Shown: one piece after another, positions 58,263 through 64,000 of the stretch | Layout of the letters: every line of letters starts with the position of its first letter | Position numbering within the stretch: position 1 is the first letter of the stretch | Assembly: GCA_963737905.1 (NCBI GenBank) | Contig: CAVTUQ010000011.1 | Coordinates: 1 to 64,000, forward strand | Reading direction: 5' to 3' | Origin: an uncultured delta proteobacterium | Lineage (GTDB): Bacteria > Desulfobacterota > Binatia > UBA9968 | DNA: 64,000 nt | The notes under the pieces: model-generated | Told to the model about the DNA's origin: nothing | What the model saw: the letters and a program-made list of their open reading frames with translations, nothing else | The model's database searches: none | Translations under genes and position numbers: made by a program

Positions 58263-59972
58263 ATGCTACCCAGAGAAATGCGACCTGGCTCTATCGCGTA
58301 CTTTTCCATGGAGGTTGGTCTCGACCCTTCAATGCCCACCTATAGCGGCGGCCTCGGTATCCTTGCCGGAGATACCTTGCGTGCCGCCGCCGATCTCGGT
58401 CTCCCCATGATCGGCGTAACCCTTTTGCACCGCCAAGGTTACTTCCGCCAACACTTGGATTTGACAGGCAACCAGCTTGAGAGCCCCGCAGTTTGGAATT
58501 TTGAAGAGGTTCTGGAACCTATGGCGCCGCGTATCCTGGTGCCCATTGAGGGGCAACAGGTTCACCTTTGCGCGTGGCGTCACTTGGTCCGTGGCGTGTT
58601 CGGCCACACCGTTCCGGTTTACTTCCTCGATACCGGTCTCGAAGACAACAGTCCCGGAGAACAGAGCCTGACGGATTCGCTCTACGGTGGAAACTCTTAC
58701 CACCGCCTGTGTCAGGAAGTCGTGCTGGGAATGGGCGGCATGGCGATGCTGGACGCCCTCGGCTTCAAGAACATCAATACCTATCACATGAACGAGGGAC
58801 ATGCCGCATTGCTGACCCTGGCGCTTTTAGAACAGCAAACAAACGGAGGGGGGCTGCCGGCGGCAAGCGATTGGGACAGAGAGGCGGTTCGACAACGCTG
58901 CGTCTTTACTACCCACACTCCGGTGCCGGCAGGGCATGACCAATTTTCTATTGATCTTATCAGCCGTGTTCTGGGGCCAGAACGATTGGCCGCCTTGGAG
59001 ACAATGCAGTGTATGTCGAACGGCTCCCTAAACATGACCTATCTGGCACTGCAGCTGTCTCGTTACGTTAATGGCGTGGCCATGCGCCACGGGGAAATTT
59101 CCCGCAATATGTTTCCCCACTATCCCATTGACTCCATCACCAACGGTGTCCACGCTTTGACCTGGACCTCCCTCCCCTTTCGCAACCTTTTTGATCGTTA
59201 CATTCCGGAGTGGCGGCGCGACAATTTCTATTTACGTTATGCCACAAAAATTCCGCTGGCAGATGTGCGCCGCGCTCACACCCTCGCCAAACGCGAATTA
59301 TTGGCCAGGGTCGCCCAGCGCACGGGAACCCATCTCGCCGAGAATGTCATAACGCTCTGCTTTGCCCGCCGAGCCGCAACCTATAAACGCGCCGATTTAT
59401 TGTTCGAAGATCTCGAGCGCCTCAAAAGCATCGCCCAGCGGGCCGGCCCGTTTCAGGTGATCTACGGCGGGAAGGCCCATCCTCAGGATGACGAGGGGAA
59501 AGCCGTGATCCGGCGGATTTTCGAGTTTGCGGCCAGCCTGGGGGACAATGTCCGGATTGTCTATATAGAGAACTACGACATGGAGTTGGCTCGGTCGCTC
59601 TGCGCAGGAGTGGATCTCTGGTTGAACACTCCACAGAGGCCCATGGAGGCTTCTGGCACGAGCGGCATGAAGGCAGCCCTCAATGGCGTTCCGAGCTTGA
59701 GCATCCTGGACGGCTGGTGGATCGAAGGTCATGTGGAAGGGGTCACAGGCTGGGCCATCGGCGACCGCTACGACAGCGGGATTGACCTTGCCGAAGAGGC
59801 AAATTCTCTCTACGACAAACTGGAGCATGTCATTCTGCCCTTGTTTTACGGCCAGCCCGAGGCCTATACGGAGATCAGGCGCTCAACCATCGCGTTGAAC
59901 GGCTCATTCTTTCACACGCAACGCATGGTGTTGCAGTATTTGCGGAATGCCTATTTGGGCGTTGAACCCTAA
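58263..59972 (+). CDS. glgP: Alpha-glucan phosphorylase (short form)
   Basis: YFSMEVG, YSGGLGILAGD, HMNEGH, FTTHTPVPAGHD and EASGTSGMKAALNG. Confidence 0.93.
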   Translation: MLPREMRPGSIAYFSMEVGLDPSMPTYSGGLGILAGDTLRAAADLGLPMIGVTLLHRQGYFRQHLDLTGNQLESPAVWNFEEVLEPMAPRILVPIEGQQVHLCAWRHLVRGVFGHTVPVYFLDTGLEDNSPGEQSLTDSLYGGNSYHRLCQEVVLGMGGMAMLDALGFKNINTYHMNEGHAALLTLALLEQQTNGGGLPAASDWDREAVRQRCVFTTHTPVPAGHDQFSIDLISRVLGPERLAALETMQCMSNGSLNMTYLALQLSRYVNGVAMRHGEISRNMFPHYPIDSITNGVHALTWTSLPFRNLFDRYIPEWRRDNFYLRYATKIPLADVRRAHTLAKRELLARVAQRTGTHLAENVITLCFARRAATYKRADLLFEDLERLKSIAQRAGPFQVIYGGKAHPQDDEGKAVIRRIFEFAASLGDNVRIVYIENYDMELARSLCAGVDLWLNTPQRPMEASGTSGMKAALNGVPSLSILDGWWIEGHVEGVTGWAIGDRYDSGIDLAEEANSLYDKLEHVILPLFYGQPEAYTEIRRSTIALNGSFFHTQRMVLQYLRNAYLGVEP

Positions 59973-60030
59973 CAGATTGGAATACTGGAATGATGGATGT
60001 AAAACCCAAAATTCCAACACCCCATTTCCC

Positions 60031-61359
60031 CTAAAACCCACCGCCCAGGTCGGTCAGGACGTGCTCGAATTTTTTTCTGAATGCTTCTGTCGATAGCGGT
60101 TTTTCACCACTGGAAACAGCGCGCGCCAATTTTTCGAGACGTTCAAGATTTTCGAAATCCTCCCGTTCCAATCGAATCATATACTCGCGGGCCACTTTGT
60201 AGGCGGGCTTGGAGATGTCGACGGGCCGCACGGACGTCTTTTTTGTTCTCGAGTCCATGAGGTCTTCGAACTTGAGATAACGCAGCTGGCCGTCAACGAT
60301 GCAGACGAGGGCTCCATCGATTCTTGATGTCGATTCGTCAGGGTTTAAAAGAAATTCCACCGCGCCATAGCCGAGGGTCTTCACGTACTCGCAATCAAAA
60401 GCTACCGGTGGAGCGCAACGAAGTTCATAACCGATGGTTTTGTGAACGATGGTAAGATTCTGGCCACGCTCCGCGAAACGCCGTTCAACCAGATTCTTCA
60501 AAATGTAAGCCAGATCAAGCTCGGCAAGGCGGAGATGGCCGTAGCTGTCGTGCAGAATTTGCACGCCCTCGATGCTTGTCAGCTCTTCCACAGGCATGCG
60601 TTCAAGCAACCCCTCGGCGATGACCGCGACCCCATCATGTCGTTGCCATAACGCTTGCCGCTTTAAGATGGCGCCCTCCAAGAGATCTCCTACCGTTTTA
60701 AGGTGAACAGAACCGGGGAATTCCTCAGGTATCACGGAAAGTGTAGCGCCGGCGGCTTTGCCGACGCCGAGCGCTAGATGCCCTGCGGTTCGTCCCATGA
60801 CCACAACAAAATACCAGCGATGCGTGGTGCGGGAATCCTCCATCAAGTTATGTACAATTTCAAAGCCGTGCTGGCGCGCTGTTTCAAAGCCGAATGTCGG
60901 CATTTCTCCCGGCAGCGGCAGATCATTATCAATGGTCTTGGGGACATGACACACTCGAATCCTTCCGGCCGAGCACTTGGCCACCTGGCTCGCCGCGTAC
61001 ATCGTATCGTCGCCACCGATCGTTACCAGGTATCCGACCTGTAGCATTTTTAGGACGGCAACAACCTGTTCCATGTCCTTGGTTTTTTTGGTCGGGTTCG
61101 CGCGGGATGTGTTGAGAATCGAGCCGCCGGCGAAGTGAATCCGGGAAACGTCGTCGTGATCAAGAAGTTTGGTCCGGTCGATTCTTCCTTCCATCAGGTG
61201 AGAAAATCCGTCGTAAATCCCGACGACCTGATGGCCGCGATTACCGGCCTCAAGGGTGACAGCACCGATGGCACCATTGATCCCCGGAGCCGGCCCTCCG
61301 CCAACGATGATGCCGACTCGATCTCTGCCGTCCGAAGGACGCGATGAATTAGCCGTCAT
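60031..61359 (-). CDS. pfp: Pyrophosphate-dependent phosphofructokinase
   Basis: GGGPAPGIN, IGGDDT (PPi-type Asp), PKTIDND, MGR and GYELR. Confidence 0.88.
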   Translation of the reverse strand: MTANSSRPSDGRDRVGIIVGGGPAPGINGAIGAVTLEAGNRGHQVVGIYDGFSHLMEGRIDRTKLLDHDDVSRIHFAGGSILNTSRANPTKKTKDMEQVVAVLKMLQVGYLVTIGGDDTMYAASQVAKCSAGRIRVCHVPKTIDNDLPLPGEMPTFGFETARQHGFEIVHNLMEDSRTTHRWYFVVVMGRTAGHLALGVGKAAGATLSVIPEEFPGSVHLKTVGDLLEGAILKRQALWQRHDGVAVIAEGLLERMPVEELTSIEGVQILHDSYGHLRLAELDLAYILKNLVERRFAERGQNLTIVHKTIGYELRCAPPVAFDCEYVKTLGYGAVEFLLNPDESTSRIDGALVCIVDGQLRYLKFEDLMDSRTKKTSVRPVDISKPAYKVAREYMIRLEREDFENLERLEKLARAVSSGEKPLSTEAFRKKFEHVLTDLGGGF

Positions 61360-61417
61360 GACTGCTATCGTCTCCGATTAATCTCACCGATCGTTTCGTT
61401 ATTAATGTTTGTTCGAG

Positions 61418-61433
61418 CGCAATTGACGTGCCA
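61418..61433 (-). promoter_or_regulatory. sigma54 -24/-12 promoter
   Basis: TGGCAC-GTCAA-TTGCG on the minus strand. Confidence 0.8.
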
Positions 61434-61625
61434 TACCCGGTTAACAAAAAGCCGCGGCCGCTAGCGCCGCCTCGGCCTATGACATCCGATCAAATAGTAA
61501 CGAAAAAGTGATTGAATGTTGAAACTTGCTCTAAAAATATGCAGCGGGTGACTGAATTCTCATCACGCGGAATGAGCTCTCCGGTCATTCTCTCCGAGAA
61601 TACCTCTACCACGTGCGTCGCGTCG

Positions 61626-61641
61626 CGGAATAGAAGTTGCT
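61626..61641 (+). promoter_or_regulatory. sigma54 -24/-12 promoter
   Basis: CGGAAT-AGAAG-TTGCT. Confidence 0.6.
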
Positions 61642-61717
61642 TTCATTGAGTGACGAAAGTCTAATTTGCAGTGGCCGAAACTTTCTTTGAACCGTAGTAT
61701 GCGGGGAACAATGAGTT

Positions 61718-62731
61718 ATGTCTACCAAAATCGCCATTAACGGATTCGGCCGCATTGGCCGGCTTGCCCTACGCGCGATGCTCGAACGACACAAGCAAGA
61801 GATCGCTGTTGTCGCAGTCAACGACATGGCTGACTTACAAACCAATGCGCATCTCTTCCGTTACGATTCAACTTACGGAATTTTTCCGGGGCGGATCGAG
61901 ACGGACGAGGGAGTCTTGAAAATCGACGATTGGGAGATCATCGTTCTCAATCAAAAAGACCCCCCGCGGTTGCCGTGGCAAGCGCTCGGCGTCGATATCG
62001 TTATCGAGTCCACCGGCGTCTTTACCGACGGCGCTCAAGTGCGGGCCCATTTGGAAGCGGGAGCAAAAAAAGTCATCATCACTGCACCCGCGACGAACGA
62101 GGACATCACGTTGGTCTTGGGGGTCAATGACTCCGCCTACAATCCAGACAAACATCATATCGTTTCCAACGCCTCCTGCACGACGAACTGCTTGGCTCCG
62201 GTGACAAAAGTGCTGCAAGAGATTTTTGGCATCGAGCGCGGGCTGATGACCACGACGCACTCCTACACCAACGATCAACGGACGTTAGACCTCATGCACA
62301 AAGACCTGCGCCGCGCGCGCACTGCGGCCATGAACATCATTCCAACCACTACGGGCGCGGCAAAAGCGATCGGCCTTGTGATGCCGGAACTAAAAGGCGA
62401 ACTCCATGGACTGTCTCTCAGGGTGCCCACTTCCACTGTCTCCATTGTCAACTTGGTGGTCGACCTCGAGAAGCCTGCGTCAACCGAGGCCGTTAACGAC
62501 GCTTTGAGAACCGCTGCGGACGGTGCTTTAAATGGCATCTTGGGTTTTTGCGACGAGCCACTGGTTTCGAGCGATTTCCGCGGCAACGCCGCGTCCTCAA
62601 TCGTTGATGGTCCATCCACCGTAGTCATGGAAGGTAAAATGGCTAAAGTTCTATGCTGGTACGATAACGAGTGGGGCTACAGTTGCCGAGTGGGTGATCT
62701 GGCCGCCTTTATGGCTGAAAGAGAACTGTAA
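61718..62731 (+). CDS. gap: Type I glyceraldehyde-3-phosphate dehydrogenase
   Basis: INGFGRIGR, SNASCTTNCLAP and WYDNEWGYS. Confidence 0.96.
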   Translation: MSTKIAINGFGRIGRLALRAMLERHKQEIAVVAVNDMADLQTNAHLFRYDSTYGIFPGRIETDEGVLKIDDWEIIVLNQKDPPRLPWQALGVDIVIESTGVFTDGAQVRAHLEAGAKKVIITAPATNEDITLVLGVNDSAYNPDKHHIVSNASCTTNCLAPVTKVLQEIFGIERGLMTTTHSYTNDQRTLDLMHKDLRRARTAAMNIIPTTTGAAKAIGLVMPELKGELHGLSLRVPTSTVSIVNLVVDLEKPASTEAVNDALRTAADGALNGILGFCDEPLVSSDFRGNAASSIVDGPSTVVMEGKMAKVLCWYDNEWGYSCRVGDLAAFMAEREL

Positions 62732-62750
62732 CTCCGCGCCACCACCGAGT

Positions 62751-64000
62751 TTAACCGCTATTGCGAAGCCCCGCCGCGATACCGTTGATCGTCAGAAGGA
62801 CGGCCCGCTTGATTCTCTCATCGGTGTGGCCGCTTCGATAACGTCTGAGGGCTTCACTTGAAGGTGATTGAGCGGGTCGATGTAGGGCACATGATTACGA
62901 AAACTGCGCGCGAGCCAAGGGTTACAATCGAGTAATGCGGCTTGCTGGGTGATCGTTAGCAAGTGACGGATGCTAGACTGGATCTCCTGGCGGATACGGC
63001 CGAAGATGCGCTCACGCAACTCATTATCGGGAACCAGATCGGCCTAAAGCGACGCGATGTGAATATCGCTTTTGGCCAGCACCATGTCCATGTTGGACAG
63101 TAACGTACTAAAGAAAGGCCAGCGGCCGTACATCTCGCGCAGTAGCTCCGTGCCGGCCGGCCCACGCCGCGCGAGGAAAGTATCCACCGCGGTCCCAAAG
63201 CCGTACCATCCCGGCAGCATAATACGCGCCAGCGACCAACTGAAGACCCATGGAATGGCCCGTAGGTCTTCAATGCACTCCAAGGTCGTTCGCGAGGCAG
63301 GTCGGCTGCCTGCATGGAGTTCCGCGATTTCGCTGATGGGCGTAGCCGCACGGAAGAAGTCGACGAACCCGGCAGTCTCATAAACCAGCGAGTGATACGC
63401 GCCGTAGGCTTCCTTCGACAGTTCCTCCATTGCCTCAAGGTAGGCATTCTCTACTTTTATACTGGGCCTCACCAATGTTGCCTCCAAGGTCGCAGCCACG
63501 AGGGTTTCCAGGTTTAGGCGACCGATGTCTGGATCGGCGTATTTGCTGGTAATGACTTCCCCCTGCTCGGTGATGCGAATCTGTCCTGATATCGTTCCCG
63601 GCGGCTGGGCTAGAATAGCTTGATAACTGGGTCCGCCGCCCCGTCCTACGGTTCCACCCCGGCCGTGGAACAGGCGCAGCTTTAGACCATATCGGCGACA
63701 CACTTCCACCAAACCGACCTCCGCCTTATACAATTCCCAGTTCGATGTTAGGTAGCCGCCCTCTTTGTTGCTGTCCGAATAACCCAACATGATTTCCTGC
63801 ACATCTCCAGAGCCCGCCAGGAGCCGGCGGTACAGAGGCAAGCTCAAGAGTTCGTCCATGATCGCCGTCGATTGGCGCAGGCCGCCGATGGTTTCGAACA
63901 GGGGCACAATGTTCATGGCAAGCCCCGGTCGCTCGCCCGGACGCAGGAGACCCGCCTCCTTCAGTAACAACAGAGCTTCAAGCAGGTCGCTCATCGCCGT
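62751..64000 (-). pseudogene. ppc: Phosphoenolpyruvate carboxylase 3' part with nonsense codon and frameshift; 5' part outside window
   Basis: [29 protein letters not shown] and LRAIPW; in-frame TAG at 63044-63046; -1 shift near 62855 before [13 protein letters not shown]. Confidence 0.9.

Noticed and set aside
63044-63046. In-frame TAG in ppc as pyrrolysine or recoded stop
   Set aside because: Falls at a position that is usually Tyr; a second lesion follows; TAG ends several genes in this window

Overview
64 kb of a bacterial chromosome with no rRNA, tRNA or CRISPR array that I could see. The gene mix (several Bug/TctC and SsuA-type binding proteins, amidohydrolases, Rieske oxygenases, cupin, ACCGCAAAG and ACTCCA intergenic repeats) resembles soil Candidatus Binatia; that assignment is inference only. 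Bases 1-18 kb hold catabolic and transport genes plus a small accessory patch: an IS200/IS605-like non-autonomous element, duplicated tctC 3' fragments, a VapBC-like remnant, higBA and a dual-HxK PLD gene. Bases 18-63 kb are dense in general-stress, dormancy and storage genes: two csbD, YqjE/K-like, BON, YtxH, DUF3309, DUF3175, DUF6496, CBS, dodecin, EEP + PLD-VTT, a polymerase-dead PolX, ppk1, glgP, pfp and gap. This part also has a MEDS protein with a hybrid kinase, a Crp/Fnr regulator and a GlrR/NtrC-like sigma54 activator. The strongest signal is 14 correctly oriented sigma54 (-24/-12) promoter motifs upstream of these transcription units, suggesting a sigma54-driven general stress regulon. 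Several genes are disrupted: an MBL hydrolase, one tctC, ppk1, ppc, and a sucA-lpdA deletion fusion carrying an IS630 insertion. All calls come from motif recognition by eye; no searches were run.
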